DNA of 64,000 nt from Myxococcota bacterium (GTDB lineage Bacteria; Myxococcota_A; UBA796; GCA-2862545). Both the position numbers and the translations under genes were made by a program. Where the stretch lies: the NCBI GenBank assembly GCA_039208735.1, contig JBCCQY010000026.1, positions 11,766 to 75,765 of the forward strand, written 5' to 3'. Position 1 is the stretch's first letter, and each line of letters opens with the position of its first letter. Below are positions 20,274-30,644 of this stretch, piece by piece. The notes under the pieces are model-generated. The model worked only from the letters and a program-made list of their open reading frames with translations. It did not search any database and was not told the DNA's origin.

Positions 20274-20951
20274 GTGAAGTCTGACGAGACCGCTGCTTCC
20301 GATTCAACGCGCCCCTCCCGCGGCCCCGGCTGGCTTCGGGCCTGGTCGGGGCCGGTACTTGGGGGGCTGGCGCTCGTCGTGGCCATCACGGGCTTGGTGA
20401 GTGGGCAGCGGACGCATCATCGCCTCGAGCAGCTCGAGGCCCGCTTGGTTCAGGTCTCGCGTGTGGCCTCGACCGAGCCGTCCACCCGTCGAGTGACGAC
20501 GGAGCGACCAGGGGGGCGGACAACCCAGCGGGTTCGTCGACGGGCGGAGGGCAAGATGGCCCGACGAAAGGGTGCCGAGGCGGGGCCCAAGGAGCGAAAG
20601 AGCCCCGCGGAACGCCAGCGGCAGATTCGCGAGGAGGTCACCGCCACCATTGAGGCGTTCGGGATGGACCGAGGGATGGATGACGCGACCGTGGGCCGCG
20701 TCCTTGGTGAATTGGAAGCCCGCAACGATGCGGTCAGAGCGGTCTTTCAGGACCTCGCGGCGGGCGCCGTATCGGCCGAACAAGCCCGCGAAGAAGTGCA
20801 ATGGGTGCGCGATGAGAGTGCCACCTCATTGCGAGATCTGCTGGGTGATGACCTGTACGAGGCGTTGGACCGGCATCTTGCTGAACGTTCGCCCCGACGA
20901 CGTCGGGCGGCCATGACGCGGACCGTCAGTGACGAGCCGGTTGCACCATGA
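20274..20951 (+). CDS. Hypothetical membrane-anchored helical protein
   Basis: Single N-terminal TM followed by charged helical region. Confidence 0.65.
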   Translation: MKSDETAASDSTRPSRGPGWLRAWSGPVLGGLALVVAITGLVSGQRTHHRLEQLEARLVQVSRVASTEPSTRRVTTERPGGRTTQRVRRRAEGKMARRKGAEAGPKERKSPAERQRQIREEVTATIEAFGMDRGMDDATVGRVLGELEARNDAVRAVFQDLAAGAVSAEQAREEVQWVRDESATSLRDLLGDDLYEALDRHLAERSPRRRRAAMTRTVSDEPVAP

Positions 20952-21015
20952 TGATCGGTGGCCCGTAGCCTTCGGGGCATCTCCCGAATAGCAGAGCGCC
21001 AGCCGGAGGACGCAC

Positions 21016-21921
21016 ATGAGCGAGACCGACAACGATGAGCCTGTCGACAGCGAAGGGGGCGGCACCCCCACGGTACTCGTAGGCGCCGTTGCCTTGGCCA
21101 TCGGAGCCATTGCGGGAATCCTCATTGGGTTCGTAAGCGGATCGCAGATGACGCCGGAACCGGCTCCCGAACCCGAACCAGAAGACGCGGTCGCGGTCGT
21201 CGAGGACACGGGCGAAAAGGAAGTCGAGGACGACCTGTCGCTGGCCCAGCAGCGGGTGGCAGGCCTCGAGCGCGAAGTCGCAGAAAAACAGCGGGAAGTC
21301 ACCGAGCTTCAAGCGGAAATGACGCGTCGACGTGAGAAAGGCACCGAACTCGTCGCGCGCCTCAAGACCATCAAGACCGAACTTGCGAACGCGAAGAGTG
21401 AGCTGAAGAAGGCGGTTCGCGAAAAGGAAGGTCTGCTCAAGGAGTTACGGCTCACCGAAGACCAGCTTCAACAGACCCGGGTGCAGCGCGACGTGGCCCG
21501 CGAAGATGCGCTTTTCAACCGTTGGCAGGACTTTCTGAAGGGATCGCAACTCGAGATCTGCGATCGTGGTTCGCTCAAGAAGCTTGGGAAGTGCCGAGAG
21601 TCCTCATTGGCGGCATTGTCAACGCCGGTTCGTCGCGATCGATTCGCCCAGTGTGTGCGAAGTGGACAGGCCGCACCGGTGGTCATGAAGCTCGAGAAGG
21701 GTGAGGCAATGCCCGACTTCTCCGAGATGATCAACGAAGAAGACAAGGTCACCCGAGGCTGGATGATCGTGTTCTGCGACCCCACCCTGCCCGAAAAGAA
21801 GATGGGACGATTGGCCGAAGGACATTTACCGGGCGCGGCGATTGCCAAGCCGCCCGTGGAGCCCGGCGCGGAGCCCGAGGCCACCGCGGAAGCGACTCCC
21901 GAACCGACGAAGGTGCCCTGA
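21016..21921 (+). CDS. Hypothetical membrane-anchored coiled-coil protein with 4-Cys C-terminal domain
   Basis: GGAGG RBS, TM, long heptad-rich segment. Confidence 0.75.
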   Translation: MSETDNDEPVDSEGGGTPTVLVGAVALAIGAIAGILIGFVSGSQMTPEPAPEPEPEDAVAVVEDTGEKEVEDDLSLAQQRVAGLEREVAEKQREVTELQAEMTRRREKGTELVARLKTIKTELANAKSELKKAVREKEGLLKELRLTEDQLQQTRVQRDVAREDALFNRWQDFLKGSQLEICDRGSLKKLGKCRESSLAALSTPVRRDRFAQCVRSGQAAPVVMKLEKGEAMPDFSEMINEEDKVTRGWMIVFCDPTLPEKKMGRLAEGHLPGAAIAKPPVEPGAEPEATAEATPEPTKVP

Positions 21922-21966
21922 CGGTCAACCATATCGTTGATATGAATCAGGGGTTCGGGAGGACCG

Positions 21967-22545
21967 TTGGTCGATGCCGACCCGGCACAACGCATTCTTC
22001 GCGCTGCATCCAAGCTGCTGACCGAAGAAGGCCCCACCGCGCTCACGAACCGGCGCATCGCCCTTGAGGCCGGCTGTACGACCATGGCCATCTACAGCCG
22101 GTACGGGTCGAAAGGCGGCGTACTCGAGGCCCTCTTCAATGAAGGCGTAGACCGAATCGCTGAGGCCCAACGCTCGGTGTCGGCCGATCTTGGCGGGCTC
22201 GCGGTGATCGAGGGCATGTGCGTGGCCTTTCGGCAGACGGCACTGCGCTTTCCAGGGCACTACGGGTTGATCTTTGGACCTTCGCCGAAGGACTACGAGC
22301 CGTCCGAAGTCGCCCGTCAGCGGTCTCGGCAAACCTTCGACGTGCTGGTAGGGGCGGTGGCGCGCGCCGTGGAACAGGGCCATCTTGTAGGAGTGCCCTC
22401 GTCGATCGCGTTTGAACTGTTCGCGATGTGCCACGGCCACGTGACCCTGGCGCTTGCGGGAATGGTGCCTCTTGATGAGGAGCCAGAAGTCGCCTACATC
22501 GCGGCCGTCCGTCAGGCGTTGTCCGGGTACGCCGTGACGGCGTAG
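21967..22545 (+). CDS. TetR/AcrR family regulator (WHG-like C-terminus)
   Basis: N-terminal HTH RRIALEAGCTTMAIYSRYGSK; MCHGHVTL. Confidence 0.9.
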   Translation: MVDADPAQRILRAASKLLTEEGPTALTNRRIALEAGCTTMAIYSRYGSKGGVLEALFNEGVDRIAEAQRSVSADLGGLAVIEGMCVAFRQTALRFPGHYGLIFGPSPKDYEPSEVARQRSRQTFDVLVGAVARAVEQGHLVGVPSSIAFELFAMCHGHVTLALAGMVPLDEEPEVAYIAAVRQALSGYAVTA

Positions 22546-23459
22546 ATCGTGCCTCCCGCGGCATTGCCAAGGACCGTTTCGCGAACCACCCGTTGGGCTC
22601 GCCAGTCGAGTTCCAGCACCCGTGTAGGCAGCTTGTGCCCGCGGAGTCCCCGCCAGAGGAGTCGCAAGACCTCACGATGGCGTGGGCGGCGCAGCATGGA
22701 AAAGCCCACAAACACTCGATCGCCCACGACGTCGATTCCTCGGCACCATCCGAGCATCCGAGATTCACCGGTGAGCGCTTGCAGATCGAGGTCGACCTTT
22801 CGCGCCAAGGTGTGCGGATCCACCGCGACCACGCGTCCGGTCACCTGAGTGAACCACAGCCACCCGCCTCGGAGGCGCCCGTCGTGGGGCATGGCTTCGG
22901 GCAACGCGATGATGCGGTCGCCGGGGAGGGAGCGGCAGTCGCGGGTCGCAAAGCGCGTGACCCAAAGCGTGTCCCCCACGAACTCGGCGTGATTGGGGTG
23001 GCAGCGGTGAGGCTTAAAGGCGTTGTGGTCGAGACCTCGTAGGTCGCCTCGAGGCAGCTCCCGAGGGGCAAGCGACCAAGTGTGAATCAGGCGACCTGTA
23101 GCATCGAGCTTCAGCACCCGATCGGTGGATGTCGCGGTCACGACAAGGTCTTGGTCAGGCGCGGCGATGACCGAATGGACGTTGTGGAATGACGGATGCG
23201 ACCAGCGCGCGGTCACGTCGAGCGTCTGGGGATCGATCCGCAACACCTCGGTGTGGGCGGCCTGCCACAGCTGACCGTCGGGACCTCGACACGCAGACGT
23301 CAGCTCTTGATCGATGCCGTCGTGGCCATGCTGCACCACCTCGATCGGCTGGCGGCGCAACACGCAGCCGCGGTCCGCATCGACCTCGCACAGCAAGGGT
23401 CGCAGAGGCTCTCCGACCCGGCCCTGGGGCCGCACGCCCATGCTGACGAGCAACCTCAC
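22512..23459 (-). CDS. Hypothetical beta-propeller protein
   Basis: Repeated beta-blade-like segments (FHNVHSV, HPNH, MPHDG, GWCRGI); start codon uncertain. Confidence 0.6.
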   Translation of the reverse strand: MRLLVSMGVRPQGRVGEPLRPLLCEVDADRGCVLRRQPIEVVQHGHDGIDQELTSACRGPDGQLWQAAHTEVLRIDPQTLDVTARWSHPSFHNVHSVIAAPDQDLVVTATSTDRVLKLDATGRLIHTWSLAPRELPRGDLRGLDHNAFKPHRCHPNHAEFVGDTLWVTRFATRDCRSLPGDRIIALPEAMPHDGRLRGGWLWFTQVTGRVVAVDPHTLARKVDLDLQALTGESRMLGWCRGIDVVGDRVFVGFSMLRRPRHREVLRLLWRGLRGHKLPTRVLELDWRAQRVVRETVLGNAAGGTIYAVTAYPDNA

Positions 23460-23460
23460 G

Positions 23461-24504
23461 CTACCGTCGGAGCTGGGCCGCGGCTTCGGCAATGCCTTCC
23501 ACATCGTCAAAACGGCCGATTCGCTCCTCCACCAGCCACAGTTCGATGGGCCGCCCCACATCGCCGTCGTGCGTCAGGGCCATCGCGGACGCGCGGGCGC
23601 AGCGAAGCATTTCGAACTGCTTGTGGTCGAGGTCATAGGTGACCAGCACCTGGCGGCGAGCGAGCGGGCGAGGATCACAAACCAGAACCAGGGGGGCTTC
23701 CAAACACTGGACGAGTTGGTCATGCCACGCGGGGGCTTCGAACATCGGGTACATCCGCATGACCACGCGAACCCCGTTCGCGGCAAGGTGATTCGCCGCG
23801 CCCCGCAGCGCTCGCCGCAACTGGGCCTCCGCCAACTCATGGCTTTCGACCTCAGACCATGGGCGCCATTGGCCGGTGTCGGCATCGTAGAACTCGACGT
23901 CGCCGATGCGCAGTTTGTAGTCCATCGCGGGTTCGCCCGGCAAAACATAGCCGGGGTAGAACCACTGCTTGCCGAGGGAAACGGCGTGCTCGATCTCGAG
24001 CAGCATGGTCGCATAGCCCAGGCCGAACTTGCGGTAGTCGGGGTCATAGACCCCCATCAGGCTTTGCGCGCTCTCACTCCCAAGGTCAAACCAGCTAAAT
24101 GCGATGAGTTTGCCGTCGTCGTAGACCTGGGTTTCGTAGGTGTCGAACAGCTCAAGCGGCTCGCTGTCTCCGTAGAGAAAGTCGTCGAGGGTCGGACTTC
24201 GATCGCCGCGCGCGATCTCGCGGTACCGCTGGTAGAGCGTCTCGTGTTCTTGGTCGATCACCGGGCCTTGACGAACCTTGACCGTGAAGTTCCGGCGAAG
24301 CCGAGACAGTTGTTTGCGAGCTGATTTCCGGAATGTGTGATCCGCGAGGGGCAGCCGGGTCCACAGGGCGGTCCGCAGTGCGCCATCAAACAGGACGACG
24401 CGACACGTCATCAGCGTCTGGCCGATGCGGAACCAACCCGTGGCCAGATAGGCGTCCAGCTCGAAGGGAGACAGCCTTTCCAAACGGACCACTCGGGTGG
24501 ACAC
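23461..24504 (-). CDS. Arginyl/leucyl-tRNA-protein transferase (ATE1/Bpt family)
   Basis: [43 protein letters not shown]. Confidence 0.85.
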   Translation of the reverse strand: MSTRVVRLERLSPFELDAYLATGWFRIGQTLMTCRVVLFDGALRTALWTRLPLADHTFRKSARKQLSRLRRNFTVKVRQGPVIDQEHETLYQRYREIARGDRSPTLDDFLYGDSEPLELFDTYETQVYDDGKLIAFSWFDLGSESAQSLMGVYDPDYRKFGLGYATMLLEIEHAVSLGKQWFYPGYVLPGEPAMDYKLRIGDVEFYDADTGQWRPWSEVESHELAEAQLRRALRGAANHLAANGVRVVMRMYPMFEAPAWHDQLVQCLEAPLVLVCDPRPLARRQVLVTYDLDHKQFEMLRCARASAMALTHDGDVGRPIELWLVEERIGRFDDVEGIAEAAAQLRR

Positions 24505-24594
24505 AGAACCTCGGTACCGCCTCCCTCGACCGCGCCGCGTCGAAGAGGGTTCGACCTCCAGGAGGTAACACCCCTCCCATCGAGGCGATTCCGG

Positions 24595-24633
24595 TTGACG
24601 CAGTGGAGTGGCGTGGCTACTCGGACCACTCCA
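24595..24633 (+). promoter_or_regulatory. Candidate sigma70-like promoter with overlapping inverted repeat upstream of the L36 gene
   Basis: TTGACG-N17-TACTCG; TGGAGTGG (24604-24611) / CCACTCCA (24626-24633) inverted repeat. Confidence 0.3.
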
Positions 24634-24650
24634 ATGTATCGAGGGACGAC

Positions 24651-24791
24651 ATGAAGGTCGCAAACTCCCTGCGCTCGCTGAAGAAGCGCCATAAGAACTG
24701 CCAGGTCGTAAAGCGTCGGGGTCGGGTCTACGTCATCAACAAGACGGCACCCCGCTTCAAGGCGCGCCAGGGCTCTGCGAAAAAGAAGTAG
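24651..24791 (+). CDS. rpmJ: 50S ribosomal protein L36, type B (zinc-independent, YkgO-like)
   Basis: [41 protein letters not shown]; CxxC/CxxxxH ribbon absent. Confidence 0.95.
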   Translation: MKVANSLRSLKKRHKNCQVVKRRGRVYVINKTAPRFKARQGSAKKK

Positions 24792-25181
24792 TTAGGCGGC
24801 CTCTTCTGCTGGCCACGCACGCGGCTCCGTCAATAGTCGATCGAAGGTCCCATCGGTAAGGGCCTTGCGCACTCGTGCGTTTCCGCCGAGCAGCGTGCCC
24901 CGTACGAAGACCATGGGGAACAGGGGCCACCGTGCCCATAGTTTTACGGCGAGCCGCTCCCGCCACCGGGACACGTAGTTGCCGATCTCGATGTAGTGAA
25001 CGAGATTCGCGTGACCTGCCGCCACGATCGCCTGACGGGCCCATCGCACGTGGGGGTTCCAGCCCATGCCGACGATAACGATGTCGTGCTTAGCGACGGC
25101 CTCACGTACACGGTGCACGGTCTGCGCGTGAAAGCCCTCCCGCGCGCGCTCGACCGATGGAGTGACCGGGATCTCGGACAT
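24792..25181 (-). CDS. Glutaredoxin-like protein lacking cysteines
   Basis: IVIVGMGWNPHV, WPLFPMVFVRGTLLGG. Confidence 0.75.
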   Translation of the reverse strand: MSEIPVTPSVERAREGFHAQTVHRVREAVAKHDIVIVGMGWNPHVRWARQAIVAAGHANLVHYIEIGNYVSRWRERLAVKLWARWPLFPMVFVRGTLLGGNARVRKALTDGTFDRLLTEPRAWPAEEAA

Positions 25182-25277
25182 TGAACCTCCTGACGGCCAG
25201 CGTTGTAGCAATGTTGAAACCAGCATGACGGGTATCGGGTAGAGTGCCGGATGTACGCTTCATGGCCGGAGACCCCG

Positions 25278-25640
25278 ATGCGAACCCTCTGGATTGCCAG
25301 TTTTGTACTGCTGTCTTGCGAGGGGGCAGGGCCGTCCTCATCCCCGTTTGCAAACCAGTTTTGCTTGGAACGGGACCTCTCGCTGTGGTGCTACCACCAA
25401 TATCCGGATGGCCCGCAGACCCCGCCGAATGCACCACCATGCGAGGCTCCTGAAGATCTCAACCTCGAGCCTGATTCGTTCTACGAAGGAGTTCTCTCCT
25501 CCGTTTCGGGTCCTGGCTTTAGCGGGGTGGACCACTACTTCAGTGCGAGCACTGGTCAGCACATCGCGACGAAGTTTTGGACCGACACCGATAGCTACTG
25601 CGGCGGCTTTACCTTTTGGTATGGCGAGCACCTTCGGTAG
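25278..25640 (+). CDS. Small hypothetical lipoprotein
   Basis: Lipobox-like VLLSC; Cys-rich mature part. Confidence 0.55.
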   Translation: MRTLWIASFVLLSCEGAGPSSSPFANQFCLERDLSLWCYHQYPDGPQTPPNAPPCEAPEDLNLEPDSFYEGVLSSVSGPGFSGVDHYFSASTGQHIATKFWTDTDSYCGGFTFWYGEHLR

Positions 25641-25643
25641 GGC

Positions 25644-26177
25644 CTACGGCGCATCGAGTTCAGCGGTGCGGAAGGTCAGTCGGGCCGGAGTGCCTGCCTC
25701 GTCGTAGTAGTTTTCGAACCCGACTTTGAAGTAGCGACCCTCGGTCGACTCCACGACATAGATGCGCGCGGCCGGTGACAGCAGATGCGCGTCGAAGTCG
25801 TAGTCGTACCAATCGCCGAGTGCATACTCGGGAATCCCGTCATCATCGGCGTCAGGTTCATCCACCCGCCACCCTTCGCTGGGCACGTCGACCACCTCCT
25901 CGAAGGTCACACCTTCGATGGCGGCCGCGGCCAACCCCTCGGCTAGGTCCACCTGAAACCGACGGAACGCAAGGTCCCAGCCTTCGTCTTCGAGTCCGCC
26001 AAACTCGTCCTGGTCAAGGTCGTAGGTGACCCACGCCTTTTCGTCGGTGGCGTCCACCAAGATGCCCCCCGCGTCCGTCGCACCAGCGGTTGCCCCGTCG
26101 GGGCCCGGGTCGAGGGTGTCCGAGAGGTCCGGCATAAGGCAGCCGATCGAGAGCAGGGCAGGGAGGAATCGAGCCAT
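25644..26177 (-). CDS. HmuY family heme-binding lipoprotein
   Basis: VDATDEKAWVTYDL, WDLAFRR, GDWYDYD, GRYFKV...NYYD..GTPA. Confidence 0.88.
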   Translation of the reverse strand: MARFLPALLSIGCLMPDLSDTLDPGPDGATAGATDAGGILVDATDEKAWVTYDLDQDEFGGLEDEGWDLAFRRFQVDLAEGLAAAAIEGVTFEEVVDVPSEGWRVDEPDADDDGIPEYALGDWYDYDFDAHLLSPAARIYVVESTEGRYFKVGFENYYDEAGTPARLTFRTAELDAP

Positions 26178-28099
26178 TACAACCTCGCGTCGAAGCCCGC
26201 GTACACGAGTCGCGGAGGGGTGGGAAGAAAGAGAGGGTCACCTGCATTGGTCAGGTTCTCCGCTCCTGCGAAGATCGTCCAGGCGTCGGCGAGCGGCCAT
26301 TGGCCTCGCGCGTCGAGTAGGACATAAGGTGGCGCGTTCTGGAGATTAGGATTGTCCGGATTGAATTCGGTTTGTAACCCCACGTTGCGAGATCCTACGG
26401 CCACCCCTCGCACCCGGAGGGAGGGGCCGGTCCCCACTTCGACCGACGCGGTGCCACGAAGCCGGGCCCGGTTTGGAAGGACGGAATTGTCGTCCAGATC
26501 GCGAGCGTCGAGGAAGGTGAACGTGCCCTGCAACCCGAGCCATTCGGCTGGCTCCCAGTCCGCCGTCGTCTCGATGCCCTGGGTCAGAGCGTTGTTGACG
26601 TTGTCGTAGCCGAACAGCAGTCCCCCGGCGTCCTGTTGAATGGGAACCACCTGGATCAAGTTGGTGACCCGGTCCCGATGAGCCTGCACTGAAAGGGCAA
26701 ACGCATCGGTGGGGGCCCATTCCACCGAAGCCTGAACCGAAATGCTGGATTCGGGCTGCAGATCCTCATTGCCTACCACCTGGTAGCCCACCGACGGATT
26801 GCTGAATTGCAACAGCAATTCTCGGAAGCCAGGGGCTCGCCATCCCCGGCCGGCGCTCGCGCGAATGATCAGCGACTTCACGGGATCAAACCGCAACGTC
26901 ACGCTGGGTGCGATCGCACCTCCAAACCAGCTGTCGAGGTCGGCCCGCACCCCCGGCACAAGGACCAAGCGAGGAGACTTTCCAATCGTCCATTCGTCCT
27001 GAGCAAACAGGGCTCCCCGCTGACGGGAGCCCACTTCGCCGCCGATCCGCGTGGGCGCCGTGAGCTGGCTTGTGAACCCTTCAAAGCCGACCGTAAACAC
27101 GTTGGTGGGAAACACGTGGATGAGCTGGCTTGTCAGCTGGCCCAGGAGTTCGCGAGTTTCTTCGTAGTTGTCGAGGCCTGAGGCCTCACGCTGGTCGAGG
27201 ATGAACTGGTCGCGGAAGGTCGACAAGCCAAGCGTTGTATTCCAGCGGGTGCTCGTTCCGATCGTCGCATCCACCCCGAAGAGGGCAATGCCGTCTTCGG
27301 TGAGGTTGCGGCGGTCGAGGATGGCGGCTTGACGTTGATCGATGCCGCTGGAGTCGACCGCGGAATACGAGCCTCGAATGAACACATCGACGTTGTTTCC
27401 TGCGTCGAGACCGATGCGTGCTGCCACATTCCCCTGACGATTGCCATTGCCGTTCGTCGCGACGTTTGCCTCATCAAGGTCGAAGGGCTGGTTACCGTGC
27501 CACCCGGCGTCGAGTCGAAACGACCAGGCACCTTTCGAACTTCCAACGCCGCCGCTGAGGTCGCCCGCAAACGGAACTCCGCGTTCGGGACTTACGCCCG
27601 AAGCCACTCCGCCTCGGACGCTGACGTTGCCCGACAGGTCGTCCTTTTGCTTGCGCGTGATGATGTTGATCACCCCACCCAAGGCCTCGGACCCGTACAA
27701 CGCCGAAGAGGCACCTTTCACGATCTCGATGCGTTCGATGGCATCGATCGAGATTCTCGATAGGTCGAAAGTCCCATCCTTACGACCGACGACCCGCTGC
27801 CCGTCCACGAGGATCAACGTATGATCTGCCTCGAGGCCCCGCAAGCGGACCGTTGCCCCGACGAATTGCCGCTGCACGTCGATGCCTGGATGCTGCTCAA
27901 GCACCTCGGCGACGTCTTGCGACCCCGAAGACTCCAGGGTCTCGCGGTCAATGACCTCGACGGCCACCGGAGCGTCCCCCTGCCGGTGTGGTGTACGCGT
28001 CCCCGTCACCACGATCTCTGCGTCAGGCTCGAGATCGGGCGTTTCGGGGGACGATTCCTCAGGCGCGGCAAACGCTGCCGCCGCCCACCACCAGGCCAT
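26177..28099 (-). CDS. TonB-dependent receptor (probable heme/iron uptake)
   Basis: IVVTGTRT, IERIEIVKGASSALYGSEALGGVINIIT plug motif, RAPGFREL, NEDLQPE. Confidence 0.93.
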   Translation of the reverse strand: MAWWWAAAAFAAPEESSPETPDLEPDAEIVVTGTRTPHRQGDAPVAVEVIDRETLESSGSQDVAEVLEQHPGIDVQRQFVGATVRLRGLEADHTLILVDGQRVVGRKDGTFDLSRISIDAIERIEIVKGASSALYGSEALGGVINIITRKQKDDLSGNVSVRGGVASGVSPERGVPFAGDLSGGVGSSKGAWSFRLDAGWHGNQPFDLDEANVATNGNGNRQGNVAARIGLDAGNNVDVFIRGSYSAVDSSGIDQRQAAILDRRNLTEDGIALFGVDATIGTSTRWNTTLGLSTFRDQFILDQREASGLDNYEETRELLGQLTSQLIHVFPTNVFTVGFEGFTSQLTAPTRIGGEVGSRQRGALFAQDEWTIGKSPRLVLVPGVRADLDSWFGGAIAPSVTLRFDPVKSLIIRASAGRGWRAPGFRELLLQFSNPSVGYQVVGNEDLQPESSISVQASVEWAPTDAFALSVQAHRDRVTNLIQVVPIQQDAGGLLFGYDNVNNALTQGIETTADWEPAEWLGLQGTFTFLDARDLDDNSVLPNRARLRGTASVEVGTGPSLRVRGVAVGSRNVGLQTEFNPDNPNLQNAPPYVLLDARGQWPLADAWTIFAGAENLTNAGDPLFLPTPPRLVYAGFDARL

Positions 28100-29193
28100 C
28101 ACAGCGCGTAGTACCGAATGAGGGTGGGACCATCGGTCGTACCGTCCTCTGCGCCCAGAATCTGGAGGACGTAGGCATCGCCATCGTCGTTGGGGTCCAG
28201 GTAGTACACGCGGTAGTTCGGCCGCGAGGTTTTTCCAAACATGGCAAACCACGGGTTGACATCAAACGGACCGACGAACCGGTCACTCTCGAAGTCATTG
28301 GTCAGGTCTTGCGCCTGGGCGTCTTCGGTCGCCGAGGGGTAGTCCTGAAGCTCAACCCAGTCGATGGGGCCTAGCGAGGCACCCTGCCCAGGTCCCAGGT
28401 CGCCCCCATTCGTGTAGATGAATGTCGTGCGACCGAAGAAGCCAAACGAGAGGTCCCAATCGGCTCCTTCGCAGGCCACCGTCGCCTCGGTCTCGAGGTC
28501 GAAGCAAAGTGCCCCTTCGGCCGGGATGGCCCCCGTGAATGGAACGGAAGGACCAAAAGCCGGCGTGTCCGTGGCTGGAGGGAGCGAGGGCTCCACTTCG
28601 ATCGTGAAGGATTCGATCCCTTTGCCATTGCGCGTGAGGAAGTCGATGTTGGTCACCCGCACCCGGGCGTAGTCGGTGCCGTTCGCGAGCCGCACGAGGT
28701 AGCCGACCGTGTCATCTTCGGACAGATCGCCGGTCGCCGCGTTGTAGTTGTAGAACGTGTCGTCGAACACGCTCGTGATTTCATCGGGTTCGGGCGACGG
28801 AACCTCGAGGTCCGAGAGAAAAAGTTCGAGGGTGGACTTGGCGGTCGCCATTTGGAAAGCCGCCTCAACGGGCGCTCCCGACTCGTCATAGAGCCCTTCT
28901 GGGGTCGCCATGAGACCGACACCAGCGCTGCCGGGCCCGGAAGGTCCACTATTGACACGAATTGTCGTCCCCAAGAACGCGAGATCCCAGGTCGTGTCCG
29001 TTGTTGCGCCATCGGCATCGAGCCCCAGTACCTCGCCCTTGGCGAAATCGACGTAGGCAGGCGCGGTACCGTCCACGGTCAGTTCGAGGACCTCCGGGGG
29101 CGCGTCGGGCGTTCCGGTCTCGTCGTCGGAAGCAGCGTCAGTGCAGGCGAGCACCGCCAAAGCGAGCGCAGGAAACAGGGTGGGTCGGGTCAT
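28099..29193 (-). CDS. HmuY-like lipoprotein with two HmuY-like repeats
   Basis: Lipobox VLAC; WDLAF..NSGPSGPG and WDLSF..NGGDLGPGQG repeats. Confidence 0.78.
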   Translation of the reverse strand: MTRPTLFPALALAVLACTDAASDDETGTPDAPPEVLELTVDGTAPAYVDFAKGEVLGLDADGATTDTTWDLAFLGTTIRVNSGPSGPGSAGVGLMATPEGLYDESGAPVEAAFQMATAKSTLELFLSDLEVPSPEPDEITSVFDDTFYNYNAATGDLSEDDTVGYLVRLANGTDYARVRVTNIDFLTRNGKGIESFTIEVEPSLPPATDTPAFGPSVPFTGAIPAEGALCFDLETEATVACEGADWDLSFGFFGRTTFIYTNGGDLGPGQGASLGPIDWVELQDYPSATEDAQAQDLTNDFESDRFVGPFDVNPWFAMFGKTSRPNYRVYYLDPNDDGDAYVLQILGAEDGTTDGPTLIRYYAL

Positions 29194-29221
29194 CCGTCCT
29201 CCGATGCCCCGCATCCTACTC

Positions 29222-29242
29222 TATTGAAAGTGAATTTCAATA
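29222..29242. promoter_or_regulatory. Fur-like operator for the heme-uptake operon
   Basis: AT-rich palindrome TATTGAAA-GTGAA-TTTCAATA about 30 nt upstream of the operon start in a GC-rich background. Confidence 0.8.
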
Positions 29243-29246
29243 TTGC

Positions 29247-30644
29247 TTAGGCCGGCACCAACGCCGAACGCAACGCCGTGGGCTTATGCAACGCAAGGGC
29301 AGCGACACGGTAGGCCTCGGCGAGCGTTGGGAAGTTGAAGGTGTTGTCGACGAACACCTCGGGTCGTAGCCCCCCCAGCATCGCCATTTGGCCTACATGC
29401 ACGAGGTCGGTGGCGCCTTCCCCGATGATGTGAACGCCGAGAATACGGGAGCCGTTCGCCGTTGTGATGAGCTTGAGCATGCCGCGAAGGTCGGCGATTT
29501 GGCCTCGAGCCACCTCGGTGAAGTTGCAGATCCCCACTCGAATCTCGTCGTGGGCTTTCAGCGCTTGGGCCTCGGTGAGGCCGATGCCCGCAAGTTCGGG
29601 AATCGTGTAGATGCCCATTGGCGTTTGGCTGCTGACATCTTCCACCGGCAGGTCCACCGCCATACGGACCGCACGGCGCCCCTGTTCCATCGACGTCGCG
29701 GCCATGGCGGGAAACCCGATGGCGTCGCCCACCGCAAGGATGTGCGGCACCGAAGTCCGAAACTTGTCATCGACCTCGATGTGACCGCGTTGGGTGAGGT
29801 CGACCGGCAGGGTTTCAAGGCCGAGGTGGTGGACGTTCGCAACCCGGCCCATCGCCAGCAACACGGTGGTGGCTTGCAGTTTCGAGCCATCGAGGAGTTC
29901 GAGTTCGACGCTGCCGAAGCTTGGTGTCATGCGCACCACGGTGGTCTCGGTGACGATGCGGCCCCCTGCGGCCTTGAATCGCTCCACCAGCCGCTGCGTG
30001 AGATCGTTGTCCATGAAGCCCAGCGGATGGCTCGCTTTGTCGATCATCGTGACCTCGGTGCCGAGGTGCTGGAAGATCGTGGCGTATTCGCAAGCCACCA
30101 CGCCACCCCCAATCACCACGAGGCGCTTGGGTAGGTAGGGCTGCTGCAGGATCGAATCGCTGTCGAGGACGCGCTCGTGGTCGACGGGAAACCCAGGTGG
30201 ATGCCGAGGGACCGAGCCCGTCGCGATCACGAAGTGCTCGGCGGTCAGTTCATGGCGCTCACGAATGCCCTGAACGGTGAGCCGATGGGCATCTTCGAAC
30301 CGCGCCCGCCCACGGACAATCACGATGCCGTTGCGGGTGACTTGGTCGGTTTGGTAGCGGACGTGGCCCTCGATGACATCGGTGACCCGACTCAAGAGCA
30401 TTTCCATCGGCACTTCATCAGGAAGTTCCGCCACGCGGGCGAGGGATTCGCGGCCGACGGCAATGCGTCGTGCGGCCTCGCGTAGGGCTTTGCTCGGGAT
30501 GGTGCCGCGATGGACACACTCCCCGCCCACGTCCGAGCCGCGTTCTACAATGGCGACGGAGTAGCCAGCTTTCGCGGCTTGAATGGCCGCCTTTTGTCCC
30601 GCAGGTCCCGCTCCGATCACCACCCAATCGAAGCGCTGACTCAT
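29247..30644 (-). CDS. sthA: Soluble pyridine nucleotide transhydrogenase
   Basis: GAGPAGQKAAIQAAK, GGECVHRGTIPSKALREA, TFNFPTLAEAYRVAAL. Confidence 0.92.
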   Translation of the reverse strand: MSQRFDWVVIGAGPAGQKAAIQAAKAGYSVAIVERGSDVGGECVHRGTIPSKALREAARRIAVGRESLARVAELPDEVPMEMLLSRVTDVIEGHVRYQTDQVTRNGIVIVRGRARFEDAHRLTVQGIRERHELTAEHFVIATGSVPRHPPGFPVDHERVLDSDSILQQPYLPKRLVVIGGGVVACEYATIFQHLGTEVTMIDKASHPLGFMDNDLTQRLVERFKAAGGRIVTETTVVRMTPSFGSVELELLDGSKLQATTVLLAMGRVANVHHLGLETLPVDLTQRGHIEVDDKFRTSVPHILAVGDAIGFPAMAATSMEQGRRAVRMAVDLPVEDVSSQTPMGIYTIPELAGIGLTEAQALKAHDEIRVGICNFTEVARGQIADLRGMLKLITTANGSRILGVHIIGEGATDLVHVGQMAMLGGLRPEVFVDNTFNFPTLAEAYRVAALALHKPTALRSALVPA

